64,000 bases of DNA from an uncultured Thermoanaerobaculia bacterium (GCA_964552395.1 CAZKGM010000004.1:4749-68748), one strand, 5' to 3'. Shown: positions 1-9,448, numbered from the stretch's first letter. Numbers and translations are program-made. Notes: generated from the sequence alone by a model not told the origin.

Positions 1-236
1 CTATTCGTGATTGAGTTAAGACAGGTTTCGAGCTCTGGTGAAAGACTCATTCCAAGGTATACGACGGCGGACGCGCGTTCGAAGGGCCTGCCTTCCCGGC
101 AGAGCTGAAGAAGTGCAGCGTCGTAACGAGCCAGGGCGGGATGAAGGCCCGTTTGTACCTTCTCCTGGGCAAGGAGACTGAAACACTGGACATGCAGTAC
201 GCAACAGCTTGCCAAAATGAGAAGAAAACGTTGCAT
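1..236 (-). CDS. hypothetical secreted protein, 5' part only (gene continues beyond left edge)
   Basis: Own translation of the minus strand from ATG 236..234 gives MQRFLLILASCCVLHVQCFSLLAQEKVQTGLHPALARYDAALLQLCREGRPFERASAVVYLGMSLSPELETCLNSITN.. It stays open to base 1, so it is absent from the ORF track. The N-terminus looks like a signal peptide. No family recognised, weak RBS, locally lower GC. Confidence 0.3.
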   Translation of the reverse strand, partial: MQRFLLILASCCVLHVQCFSLLAQEKVQTGLHPALARYDAALLQLCREGRPFERASAVVYLGMSLSPELETCLNSITN

Positions 237-273
237 TGTGGAGTCCCGTACCATCATAGCAGGAGGCTGATCT

Positions 274-392
274 GTGCCTCGGCCAACACCTTGGGCACCT
301 TGACTGGGCTGCGGACAACCACTACCTCGCCTCGAGCCGCCGGGCCCGGCCGGAGCGTGAGGCCGCGTATGGCCGGTGCTCGTCAGCTCACC
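274..392 (+). repeat. intergenic repeat element, copy A (left arm plus diverged, shortened core)
   Basis: GTGCCTCGGCCAACACCTTGGGCACC...CTCGAGCCGCCGGGCCCGGCCGGAGCGTGAGGCCGCGTATGG aligns with the family consensus (see findings). The right part is diverged. Confidence 0.6.
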
Positions 393-500
393 TAGAGTGC
401 GGCGAAGGGAAGCTTGGAGAGGAAGCCACCCGCCCGGAGCAGCTCCACGGTCTTGTGGGCGCAGGGCCAGGGTTCGGGCAACGTGGGTATACTCCGGGAC

Positions 501-1688
501 ATGAGACACCATCTCTGTGCCGCGTTGCTGCTGCTCCTCCTGCCCACGGGTGTAGCCCGGGCGGACGAACCCATCGCGATCGGACGGACCGGTCAGATCC
601 ACTCGGACATCCTCCACGAAGACCGGGTCCTGCGGACCTACCTGCCGCGGAGCTACGGCTGGGCGGTCGACCGGCGCTATCCGGTTCTCTACCTGCTCGA
701 TGCCGAGACCGACTTCGTTCACACGGCGAGTGCGGTCGACTACCTGGCCTCCACCGGCCAGATCCCGGAGATGATCGTAGTGGGTGTGGACAGCACGAAC
801 CGTATCCGCGATTTCACACAGACCGACTGGTCCGAGGCATGGGTCGGCGGAGGCGGGGCACCGAAGTTCAAGGCATTCCTCTCGAAGGAGCTGATCCCGG
901 ACATCGAGCGGAGCTATCGAACGAACGGGTTTCGCGTGATCTCGGGGCACTCGGCCGGGGGGCAGTTCGTACTGTACTGCCTGACCTCCGATCCAACGCT
1001 GTTCCAGGCGTATCTGGCGCTGAGCCCGAGCCTCAACTGGGACCACAACCTTCCGCAGCGCTCACTGGAAAAGGTCCTGGCGTCGACCGACAGCTTGAAA
1101 GCGTTCCTTTACGCCGCCCACTCGGACGACTTCGGTCGCGCCCTCGCCGACGACCAACGACTGGTTCACACGCTCGAAACCACGGCACCGCGGGGCTTTC
1201 GCTGGGCGAGCGGCTCGTTCCCGGAGGAGTCGCACTCCGGGATGACCCTTGTCGCCGAGATCGATGGGCTGCGCCACCTCTTCTCCGGATATCGCTACTC
1301 GAACGACCTGCTTGCGCTGGGGATCGATTTCGCACAGGCACATTTTGACGAGGAGTCGAGGGTCGTGGGCTACCACATCGGGGTTCCCGAAGACGTGGTG
1401 AACGATCTGGGCTATGCGGCGCTGTCTGCGGGCAAGACCCCGGACGCCATCACGCTGTTCCGCCGCAACGTCCGGGACAACCCGAACTCGGCCAACGCCT
1501 ACGACAGCCTGGCGGATGGCTACGAAAAGGCCGGCATGTGGAAGGATGCCGCCGCAGCGGTGGACCGCGCCGTCGCTCTCGCCGGCAGGTACCGCGACCC
1601 CGATCGGGCGCAGTTCGTCCAGCACGCGGAGGAGATTCACCGCCGGCTGAGCGGAATTTCGAAAAGCGAACCGGACTCGCACGAGTAA
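501..1688 (+). CDS. secreted alpha/beta-hydrolase, putative esterase family, with C-terminal TPR-like region
   Basis: Track ORF 414..1688. The likely start is ATG 501, giving signal peptide MRHHLCAALLLLLLPTGVARA. G-x-S-x-G nucleophile elbow GHSAGG. YPVLYLLD and 'IPEMIVVGV' are typical of the putative esterase / enterochelin-esterase-like fold. The C-terminus has TPR-like repeats (NSANAYDSLADGYEKAGMWKDAAAAVDRAV). Confidence 0.8.
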   Translation: MRHHLCAALLLLLLPTGVARADEPIAIGRTGQIHSDILHEDRVLRTYLPRSYGWAVDRRYPVLYLLDAETDFVHTASAVDYLASTGQIPEMIVVGVDSTNRIRDFTQTDWSEAWVGGGGAPKFKAFLSKELIPDIERSYRTNGFRVISGHSAGGQFVLYCLTSDPTLFQAYLALSPSLNWDHNLPQRSLEKVLASTDSLKAFLYAAHSDDFGRALADDQRLVHTLETTAPRGFRWASGSFPEESHSGMTLVAEIDGLRHLFSGYRYSNDLLALGIDFAQAHFDEESRVVGYHIGVPEDVVNDLGYAALSAGKTPDAITLFRRNVRDNPNSANAYDSLADGYEKAGMWKDAAAAVDRAVALAGRYRDPDRAQFVQHAEEIHRRLSGISKSEPDSHE

Positions 1689-2033
1689 GCTCGCCGGCGG
1701 GCAGAGGCCGAGCGTCCGCGCAGCCGGTTGTGAGGCGGTCGTCACTGCATGAGGCCCTTGTACCGGAGATAGGTGATGTTGACGATGCTCAGCAGCACTT
1801 TGGCTGGTCCCGCCGCGATACCGATCGATGGCACGAGACGCGGTACGAAGAAGGTTGCTGCGCAGAAGAGAGAGACCGCCAGCTTCCCAATGGGCGGCGC
1901 CGTCCGCGAGAATCGCCACGAGCACCGTTGTCACAACCGCTGCGCTCTCGGGTGCCACGTGAGCCTCTTGCAAAATTGGGAGCTCCGACCGTGCGGTGCG
2001 AAGTGTCCGCAGAAAAGGCATTGAAAACAAGGA

Positions 2034-2207
2034 CGTTCGGTTTTCGACCCTGTGCGATTTGGGGAGTTTTGCAAGAGCCTCACGTATCACTTTCTCACAC
2101 TCTTCCGCCGGGCCGGCCCGGAGCGTGCGGACGCGTATGATGGTTTCGATCGAGAGCCCAGCGAGATCAAGAATGCACAGGGGATAACAGCAGTGCCGAG
2201 ACCTGGG
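2034..2207 (+). repeat. intergenic repeat element, copy B (variant-2 right end)
   Basis: CCGCCGGGCCGGCCCGGAGCGTGCGGACGCGTATGATGGTTTCGATCGAGAGCCCAGCGAGATCAAGAATGCACAGGGGATAACAGCAGTGCCGAGACCTGGG. The left arm is diverged, so the left boundary is approximate. Confidence 0.7.
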
Positions 2208-2334
2208 CTCATGAGTTGGAACAGCGTGGCGGGGGCTCGTTCTTCGCTGAAAGTGAGGACTGGCTCACAATGGCGGAACGGTACGACTGGCGCCGTTTCG
2301 GAGATGACTTGCTGCGCGATTCGGAGGGAAGCCG

Positions 2335-4620
2335 ATGCCATCCAATACTCGCTCGAGCCTGTTCGCGCTCGCATGGGCGCTCGGAGCCGCCGCCTTGCTG
2401 GCGCCGGGCACCTGTGCCGCGGCAGCCGCAACCACCGGAGGCCACGCCCCGGCGGCGTGGCAAGTCCCGATCACCCCGAGCAGTCCCGAGTACGCCCGGC
2501 TTGCAGACGAAGCACAGCGGGTCACGATCATCCGCGACGACTGGGGGATCGCGCACGTGCACGGCAAGACCGACGCCGACGCGGTGTTCGGGGATATCTA
2601 TGCGCAGTGCGAAGACAGCTTCGATCGCGTCCAGTACAACTACCTCCTGGCGCTCGGCTGGACCGCGCAGGCGAAGGGCGAGGCGGCGATCTGGCAGGAC
2701 CTGCGCGAGCAGCTTTTCATCGACCCCGCAGTGCTGAAGGATGACTATGCGAAAAGCCCCGGCTGGCTAAAAGAGCTCATGGACGCCTGGGCGGACGGCA
2801 TGAACTGGTACCTGGCCACGCACCCCAACGTCCATCCCGAGGTCATCGAGCGCTACCTGCCGTGGATGGCGCTCTCTTTCACCGAGGGCAGCATCGGCGG
2901 CGACATCACCCGTGTGGACCTTGCCAAGCTCGCGGCGTTCTACGGCGTCGACCACGTCACCACGGCGGCGCTGGCCGATACGACGCCTCCCGCCGGGCAT
3001 GAAGTGCTCGGCTCCAACGGCATCGCAACCGCCCCCAAGGTGTCCGCCGACGGCCACGCCCTGCTGCTGATCAACCCACACGTCACCTTCTACTTCCGCG
3101 ACGAGACGCAGATGTCGAGTGATGAGGGACTCGACGCCTACGGCGCCTCGACCTGGGGTCAGTTCTTCGTCTACCAGGGTTTCAACGAGCACGTCGGCTG
3201 GATGCATACCTCGACCGGCGTCGACGCGGTGGATCAGTTCGCGGAAACCGTCGTCAGGAAAGACGGGCGGTACTTCTATCGTTTCGGCAAGCAACTGCTG
3301 CCGGTGAAGACGCGCGCGATCACCATCCGCTACCTCGGCGAGAACGGCATGATGAAGTCGCGCACCTTCACCGCGTACTTCACCCAGCACGGGCCGATCG
3401 TCGCCAAGGAAAACGGCAAGTGGATCGCCGAGGCGCTGATGAACAAGCCGATCCCTGCGCTAGAGCAGAGCTGGCTGCGCACCAAGGCCACCGACCTGGC
3501 AAGCTACATGAAGATCGCCGAGTTGAAGGCCAACTCGTCCAACAACACTGTCTTCGCCGACGACAAGGGCGAGATCGCGTTCCTGGTGCCGCAGTTCATC
3601 CCCAAGCGCGACGACGAGTTCGATTACACCAAGCCCGTGGACGGCAGCAATCCCAAGACAGCCTGGCAAGGCCTGACCCCGATCGAGGACATGCCCAACG
3701 TGATCAACCCACCCAACGGCTGGGTGTTCAACACCAACGACTGGCCGTGGACGGCGGCCGGCAAGCACAGCCCGAACGCCGCCGATTATCCGCAGTACAT
3801 GGATACGTTCGGACCGAATCCGCGTAGCGAACATGCGCTTCTCATGCTCAGGGGTGCGCGCGACTTCACCAAGTCGAAGATGATCGCCGATGCCTTTGAT
3901 TCCTACCTGCCGGCGTTCGCACGGCTGATCCCGATCCTGCTGAAGGACTACGACAGCCTGCCCGAGAGCGATCCGCTGAAGGCAAAGCTGGCCGGCCCGA
4001 TCGGGGTGCTCAGGCGTTGGGACCATCGCTGGGGCATCGCCTCGATTCCGACCGCGGTCGCGGTTTTCTGGGGCGACACGCTGTGGCACGAGGTCGACGC
4101 CGAGGCCCGTGCCAGCGGCCTCGATGCGCACAAGACGAATATGCGCGTGTACGACTACATCGCGGGAAAAGCGACGCCGCAGGTGCGTCTCGGGGCGCTC
4201 GCCAAGGCGGTCGACCGGCTCCAGACAAGTTTCGGCACCTGGGGCATTCCGTGGGGCGAGGTCAACCGCTACCAGCGCCTCGACGATTCGATCCACCCGC
4301 ATTTCAGCGACGCGAAGCCCAGCATCGCGGTGCCGTTCACCTCCTCGCGCTGGGGCTCGCTGGCCTCGTTCGGCGCGCACACATGGCCCGGCACCAAGAA
4401 GTACTACGGCAACAACGGCAACAGCTTTGTCGCAGTGGTGGAGTTCGGGCCGAAGGTGAGCGCACGCGCAATCCACGTCGGCGGTGCCAGCGGCAACCCG
4501 GAGTCCCCGCATTTTACCGACCAGGCCAAGCGCTACGTCAGCGGCAACCTGCGCACCGTGTACTTCTGGCCCGATCAGATCAAGGGCCACGCAGTACGCG
4601 TGTACCATCCCGGCCAATGA
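2335..4620 (+). CDS. penicillin acylase family protein (peptidase S45, Ntn-hydrolase; possibly an acyl-homoserine-lactone or beta-lactam acylase)
   Basis: 761 aa with RBS GGAGGGA before ATG 2335. Signal peptide MPSNTRSSLFALAWALGAAALLAPGTCAAA. Family pattern IIRDDWGIAHVHG..DAVFG..YAQCEDSFDRV. Autoproteolytic Gly-Ser junction ..HEVLG|SNGIATAP. The size is typical of S45 acylases. Confidence 0.9.
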   Translation: MPSNTRSSLFALAWALGAAALLAPGTCAAAAATTGGHAPAAWQVPITPSSPEYARLADEAQRVTIIRDDWGIAHVHGKTDADAVFGDIYAQCEDSFDRVQYNYLLALGWTAQAKGEAAIWQDLREQLFIDPAVLKDDYAKSPGWLKELMDAWADGMNWYLATHPNVHPEVIERYLPWMALSFTEGSIGGDITRVDLAKLAAFYGVDHVTTAALADTTPPAGHEVLGSNGIATAPKVSADGHALLLINPHVTFYFRDETQMSSDEGLDAYGASTWGQFFVYQGFNEHVGWMHTSTGVDAVDQFAETVVRKDGRYFYRFGKQLLPVKTRAITIRYLGENGMMKSRTFTAYFTQHGPIVAKENGKWIAEALMNKPIPALEQSWLRTKATDLASYMKIAELKANSSNNTVFADDKGEIAFLVPQFIPKRDDEFDYTKPVDGSNPKTAWQGLTPIEDMPNVINPPNGWVFNTNDWPWTAAGKHSPNAADYPQYMDTFGPNPRSEHALLMLRGARDFTKSKMIADAFDSYLPAFARLIPILLKDYDSLPESDPLKAKLAGPIGVLRRWDHRWGIASIPTAVAVFWGDTLWHEVDAEARASGLDAHKTNMRVYDYIAGKATPQVRLGALAKAVDRLQTSFGTWGIPWGEVNRYQRLDDSIHPHFSDAKPSIAVPFTSSRWGSLASFGAHTWPGTKKYYGNNGNSFVAVVEFGPKVSARAIHVGGASGNPESPHFTDQAKRYVSGNLRTVYFWPDQIKGHAVRVYHPGQ

Positions 4621-4654
4621 AGATGCGCTCCGCCCATCGGCACAGGGATGATAC

Positions 4655-5000
4655 GTGCCTGGGCCGACACTTCTGGTACCTTCGCTGAGCCGCCACTCGC
4701 CACGACCTTACCTGGTTGCGCCGGGCCGGCCTGGAGCGTGCGGACGCGTATGATGAGTTAGCCCGGATCGTTCACTCGCGATCTACTGCGACCGACGATA
4801 CGCCAGCCAGCGCCGTGCTCTTCGCGTCTCGGTGTCCTCAACGTACCCTCCGAGTATGCCTGCGGCACCTCGACGCTCAGAGCCCAGTGCTGACAAGCGT
4901 CTCGCCGGTCTCGCTACGATCGCTCATGAACGTACCGGGCTCGATCGGAAGCTCAGCGAGTTCAACAATGAGCAGGGGATGACAACAGTGCCGAGACCTC
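4655..5000 (+). repeat. intergenic repeat element, copy C (long variant with about 182-bp internal segment 4756..4937)
   Basis: The left arm and core GTGCCTGGGCCGACACTTCTGGTACC...GCGCCGGGCCGGCCTGGAGCGTGCGGACGCGTATGATG are followed by the extra segment. The element then resumes GGCTCGATCGGAAGCTCAGCGAGTTCAACAATGAGCAGGGGATGACAACAGTGCCGAGACCTC. Confidence 0.75.
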
Positions 5001-5164
5001 AACGCATGTGCTGCGCCCCCGGTGCCTTTCCTGCAATCCCAGTAGGTACCAGGAACGCGACCCAAAGCTCGTCTCCATGCCCCGAGTCGTCAGGCCGTCC
5101 AGCTGCCGGCCGCCTTTCGTTGGCCGCCCGCTCCGCCCGTCTCAGACCGCTGAGGTCGGCCCGC

Positions 5165-5614
5165 TTACTCCTTGATAGCAACCGCGTGGTAGGAGAGTAC
5201 CTCGGGGATCGACTCGACCCCGTCGCACATCAGCGTCGTGCCCTTTTCGAGAATCTGGCAGTGGGTGGTGTTTGCGGGATCCGCCGTGGGCCAAATGAGG
5301 ACCTCCCCAGTTGGAGAGACCGAGTACTCGTGTGCTTCGCTGTTCCACCTCGTACCTTCGACGCTGCACCTGTCGTAGCCTTCAATGAGAGCAGTACCGT
5401 CGCCGTGAAACTCGACGGTTCCCCAGCCGCTGCAGTACTCGGCGCCGCTGGCCGGGGGAGCGACTTCCCTCACGTGGATCATGGTGTAGTAGTAGGCCCC
5501 GTTCAGGCTGCGCTCGTCGTATCTCCTCCCGGCCTCGGTGGGTGCCGGCGCAGCCAACAGCCAGGTCAATCCGACCACTGTCAGGACAGTCGATGTGCTC
5601 AGTCTTGTATTCAT
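5165..5614 (-). CDS. hypothetical secreted protein (4 Cys)
   Basis: 149 aa. Strong RBS (GAGAGGAGAAGGAAG immediately before the ATG at 5614). N-terminal signal-like MNTRLSTSTVLTVVGLTWLLAAPAPTEA. No family recognised. Confidence 0.6.
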   Translation of the reverse strand: MNTRLSTSTVLTVVGLTWLLAAPAPTEAGRRYDERSLNGAYYYTMIHVREVAPPASGAEYCSGWGTVEFHGDGTALIEGYDRCSVEGTRWNSEAHEYSVSPTGEVLIWPTADPANTTHCQILEKGTTLMCDGVESIPEVLSYHAVAIKE

Positions 5615-6172
5615 CTTCCTTCTCCTCTCTGTTGGTTGTCACTCTCAAGAGAGGAGACCCCCGGCCGTTTTGCTCACACTGGCCTACTCGGCCCGCCAAC
5701 GAGATCACAGCCTTGAAAAGGCGCCCGCATCGGTCCCACGCTCGAAGGATCGCATCGGTGTCAGGCATCCAGGTTTCGTGGTTTGATGACCTCGGGTGCC
5801 ACGTTTCTCACCAGGGCGATCGCTCGCGGGACCCATGATGGCGCGGCGGACTCGGAGCTGCGCCGCGCGCTTGATTGCCTCGATAGCGCGATCGCGGCGT
5901 GAGCCAGAAGGTAAGTCGGCGACAAGGTCGGAAGTGAGTGACTGGCACATTTCTCGGCGCGCACCGGGATCGCTGGAGAAGTAGTTTCTACCCAGGTGGC
6001 GGTCCTGCTCCCGGGTAGTAAGTGCGCTTCCCGGTGGGACACCTGGGAGCTAGATTCGGGATCAGGCGAACAGAAGGCCGCACCAGGACTGGAGGCAGTA
6101 CATGAGCTCGGCTCGTGAAGAGAGCACGATGAGCGATTGGGCCGGATGAGCTGCGTCGAAAGGAGACGTTTG

Positions 6173-6838
6173 ATGAAAGGTCAGATCCTCGCAGTAGCCA
6201 CGCTCGGACTCCTTGCGGCGTTCGTCGCGTGCAACAAGGAGACGACGCCAGGAACGTCCGCCGCAACGGAATCGTCGGCGAGGGAAACCTCTGCCCAAAC
6301 CAAGGCGACGGTCACGCCGGAGTCGGCGACGACTGCTTCGTCGGTCGCGAGGGGCGTCGCGAAGGCCGCGCAGTCCGGCGCAGAGCAGATGGCGAAAGGC
6401 GCGAAGGAACTTGGTAGCGACGTGAAGGACGAAGCGCGGCAGGCGACGGCAGCCGCCGGAGCAGCGCTGGAGAGCGGTGGCAAGAAGCTGCAGCAGGTAG
6501 CCGACGCGGCTGTTCGGCAGAGCACCGAGCCGGCAGCCACGCAACCGGCTTCCGAAGCTCCCGCTGAAGGAAGTCTCGCGAAAGGCGCGGTGATCTTCAA
6601 GGCGAAGTGCGTGTCATGCCACGGCGCCGACGCCAGCGGGAACACTGCGATGGGCAAGAAGAACAGCATCTCGGATCTGCGCTCCTCGGTGGTGCAGGAT
6701 CTGACCGACGCAGAGCTCGCGGCGATGATTGCAAACGGAAAGCCGGGCGGCATGTCAGAGAAAGCGCACAAGAGCAAGGCTCTCACCGAGGAGCAGATCA
6801 AGGACGTCATCGCCTACCTGCGCTCGATCCGGATGTAG
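6173..6838 (+). CDS. c-type cytochrome lipoprotein (class I, single haem)
   Basis: Track ORF 6137..6838. The likely start is ATG 6173 (MKGQILAVATLGLLAAFVAC, lipobox FVAC). A low-complexity Ala/Thr/Ser linker follows. Haem-binding CVSCHG is followed downstream by a distal Met candidate (GGMSEK) and 'IAYLRS', typical of cytochrome c. Confidence 0.8.
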   Translation: MKGQILAVATLGLLAAFVACNKETTPGTSAATESSARETSAQTKATVTPESATTASSVARGVAKAAQSGAEQMAKGAKELGSDVKDEARQATAAAGAALESGGKKLQQVADAAVRQSTEPAATQPASEAPAEGSLAKGAVIFKAKCVSCHGADASGNTAMGKKNSISDLRSSVVQDLTDAELAAMIANGKPGGMSEKAHKSKALTEEQIKDVIAYLRSIRM

Positions 6839-6948
6839 GCCATGATTGGCGCCGATGTGCCTTGGAGCGACCGGTCGGGTCACCTTGTGGCTGCAAACCA
6901 CCAACGTCGCATCGTCAGGAAGAGCCGTAGATGTCAGGAGGAAGTGCA

Positions 6949-7122
6949 ATGATGAAACTCAGTCGTCCAAAGGTCATCACGTGGTGGATTGCCATTGCCC
7001 TTGGGGCGCTCGGGATCCTCGGTCAGTTGAGCGTCGTCCCCGCTCTGGGCGCGTACTCCTTCGTGTTGGTCACGGCCGGGCTTGTGCTACTGGCCCTGGC
7101 GGTGGTCCTCAAGAACCTCTAG
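6949..7122 (+). CDS. small two-helix membrane protein, hypothetical
   Basis: Track ORF 6931..7122. AGGAGG at 6936..6941 favours ATG 6949 (MMKLSRPKVITWWIAIALGALGILGQLSVVPALGAYSFVLVTAGLVLLALAVVLKNL). Two hydrophobic helices. Confidence 0.5.
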   Translation: MMKLSRPKVITWWIAIALGALGILGQLSVVPALGAYSFVLVTAGLVLLALAVVLKNL

Positions 7123-7197
7123 CTGAGATGTGGTCGCAGGACGGCCGCCGGGCACTCTGGCGTCTGTGAACAGCTGGGGATGGTGAAGCCACGGATC

Positions 7198-7344
7198 GGT
7201 GCCCGGGCCGACACCTCAACACCCTTGGTGAGGTGCCACCCACCATCACCTCACCTCGAGCCGTCGGACCGGCCCGGAGTGAGCGGACGCGTATGGTGGT
7301 CTCGATCGAGAGCTCAGCGAGCGCAGATTCATGTGCCGGGTACC
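7198..7344 (+). repeat. intergenic repeat element, copy D (near-complete, variant-1 ends)
   Basis: GGTGCCCGGGCCGACACC...GGTGAGGTG-ccacccaccat-CACCTCACC-TCGAGCCGTCGGACCGGCCCGGAGTGAGCGGACGCGTATGGTGGTCTCGATCGAGAGCTCAGCGAGCGCAGATTCATGTGCCGGGTACC. The ends GGTGCCCGG / CCGGGTACC are inverted repeats. Confidence 0.8.
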
Positions 7345-7375
7345 TTTTCCAGGAGGTGTTCCCCTCCGTCGGTCT

Positions 7376-9448
7376 CTACTCCTCCGAGGCGTCGTAGACC
7401 ACGCGGCCATCGCAGAGCGTCAATCGAATCTCGATCGGGGCAGGGAGCTCGGCGGCAAGGTCCCGAACGTTCCCGGAGAGGACGAGGAGGTCGGCCAGCA
7501 TCCCCGGATGGATCTTCCCCTTCCGCTTCGACGAGTACTCGGTCCATGCAGCCGCAGTGGTATAGGCGCCGAGCGCCTGTTCGAGCGTAACGTGCTGATC
7601 GGTATCGCCCTCCGTCCACGGGCGCCGCCGGACGGCATGGCGCACGCCTTCGCGGACATCGCAGGAGACGATGGGCCAGTCACTGCCGAAGACGAGAACC
7701 GCTCCGCTGCGAAGGAGCGCCTTCCATGCGAACGCCGAATTCCACTCGTCGTGCGGCACCATTTTGTGCCACAGCGTCATTGGAGGGCGCTCGTGCAAGG
7801 GTTGCATGGAGGCGACGATTTGCTCCGTCCCGAAGCGCGGGATGTCCTCCGGATGGCACATCTCGATGTGCTCGACGCGGTGAGGAATGCGGTGGCCTCG
7901 CGCCTGATCGACGCGGGCGTTGCTCCGGCGCGCTCGAGCGATGGCGTCGAGCATCGATCTGACCGAACCGTCCCCGACACAGTGGGCGGCAACCTGCATT
8001 CCCAATCCGTCGGCGAGCGCGACCAGGGCGTCCAGCTCTTCCTGACTGAACTCCGGTACGCCTTCGGGTGGAGCTTCGTCAAGGCGGTAGGCCGTCGTTT
8101 TCTCGACGACGCCATCCATGAAAACCTTGATGGTGTCGCAGCGCAGCTTGCAGTCCACGTCCACGAACTCGGGCATCTGCTCCCTTCGATGGGGGTTCTC
8201 CCGTTGCAGATAGGGATGCACGAAGGTCTTCCGGACGGTATCCCGAACATGCTTCGAACAGGCGTGGATGTCGTCGATGATCGGATACCTCTCGCGATAC
8301 GCTTCGTCCTGCGCCAGTTGTGCGATGGGCGCATGTCGCGCTTCACCCGCTTCGTCGAGCAATCCGACGAGCTCCTCGTGCAGCTCGGCGGCACTGAGCT
8401 TGCGCCGGCGCGCCTTCATCAGGGCATCGCGCACGCGCGCCGCACGGAGGACGTCCTCGAGCATATTGCTGTCGGCCACGGCGCCGCACGAAGTGTTGAT
8501 GCGGATCGGAAGCTCCCCGCGCTGCTCGAGCTCCAGCACGAGCAGCAGGAAGGCGATGTCCTGGGCCGGCTGCGCGAGCGCCATGCGATGGACGGTCGTG
8601 ATGCCCAGACGCACGAGTTGCCGGCAGACGGTCTTGAGATCCTCAACCTGTTGTTCGAGAGGAGTGGGGAAGCGGGCGGTGAGGGGCCCGCTGATGAAGT
8701 GGGTCACTTCCGGTTCTCGGAACTCGCCGCTCGGCAGGACATCGGCTCCCAGGATGATGTTGTGGTCCAGGTGCAGCGCTTCGATCATGGGAGGGTAAGG
8801 CGGCATGGGGTGGAGGAGGCCGGCTTCCTCAAGAGCCTTGGTGTTGGCCCAGCACGTATGGAGATCGTGCGCATAGATCAGCAGTGGGTGGTCCGCGACG
8901 ATGTCGTCCAGGTATGTGCGGCAGTGAGCGGAAGGAATGATGGGCGGGTCCGCGTAGTGCAGACCGAAGCAAGTCAGGAGTGAAGCATCGGCGCGTTCCT
9001 TGGCGTACGCTTCGAGCTTCTTCCGGAGCCCCTTCGCATTTTCGACGCCTTCCAGGTCGCAGCTCTGGAGACGCAGCATCGCAACCGTGAGATGCAGATG
9101 TGAGTCGGTCCACCCCGGCACGACGCTGCTGCCTTCGGCGTCGTAGACCGTGGTGCCGTCGCCGATCAGCGGGGAGATGGAGCCTGCGTCGCCGATTCTC
9201 GTGATGACGTTTTTCCGAATCGCGATATCGCAGACGCTCTCCGAGCCATCCTCGAACACGAGCGCGTTGCGAATAACGATGTCGGCGGTTCGGGTTGCGT
9301 CATGGTCAAGGGGGGTTTCGAGGAGAGGAGTGGTGTCGACCCGGGGGACGCTCGGGCCGACCGATCGCCGCGCCGCCTTCCGAAGATGGGGATAGGTGTG
9401 GTGGATTCGTGTGCGCAGGAGCTCTCCCGCGTGTTTCGGACATCGCAT
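7376..9448 (-). CDS. amidohydrolase family protein (Amidohydro_3-type metal-dependent hydrolase)
   Basis: 690 aa. N-terminal beta-sandwich pattern ADIVIRNALVFEDG...VVPGWTDSHLHL (H-x-H metal site). Later HCVGDG, HRVEHIEM and FGSDWP motifs are typical of the TIM-barrel amidohydrolase superfamily. The first ~40 codons are uncertain. Confidence 0.8.
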   Translation of the reverse strand: MRCPKHAGELLRTRIHHTYPHLRKAARRSVGPSVPRVDTTPLLETPLDHDATRTADIVIRNALVFEDGSESVCDIAIRKNVITRIGDAGSISPLIGDGTTVYDAEGSSVVPGWTDSHLHLTVAMLRLQSCDLEGVENAKGLRKKLEAYAKERADASLLTCFGLHYADPPIIPSAHCRTYLDDIVADHPLLIYAHDLHTCWANTKALEEAGLLHPMPPYPPMIEALHLDHNIILGADVLPSGEFREPEVTHFISGPLTARFPTPLEQQVEDLKTVCRQLVRLGITTVHRMALAQPAQDIAFLLLVLELEQRGELPIRINTSCGAVADSNMLEDVLRAARVRDALMKARRRKLSAAELHEELVGLLDEAGEARHAPIAQLAQDEAYRERYPIIDDIHACSKHVRDTVRKTFVHPYLQRENPHRREQMPEFVDVDCKLRCDTIKVFMDGVVEKTTAYRLDEAPPEGVPEFSQEELDALVALADGLGMQVAAHCVGDGSVRSMLDAIARARRSNARVDQARGHRIPHRVEHIEMCHPEDIPRFGTEQIVASMQPLHERPPMTLWHKMVPHDEWNSAFAWKALLRSGAVLVFGSDWPIVSCDVREGVRHAVRRRPWTEGDTDQHVTLEQALGAYTTAAAWTEYSSKRKGKIHPGMLADLLVLSGNVRDLAAELPAPIEIRLTLCDGRVVYDASEE

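Noticed and set aside
1-270. Lower-GC left edge of the window as a possible horizontally acquired island boundary.
   Set aside because: Only ~270 bp are visible and they contain the 5' end of an ordinary-looking secreted-protein gene. That is too little sequence to judge.
5705-6042. Overlapping minus-strand ORFs (81 and 93 aa) in the 560-bp gap upstream of the cytochrome c gene, possibly a frameshifted small gene (..RDRAIEAIKRAAQLRVRRAI.. / ..RAIALVRNVAPEVIKPRNLDA).
   Set aside because: No recognisable family, no RBS, and ambiguous frames. They could be a decayed gene, but I cannot support a call.
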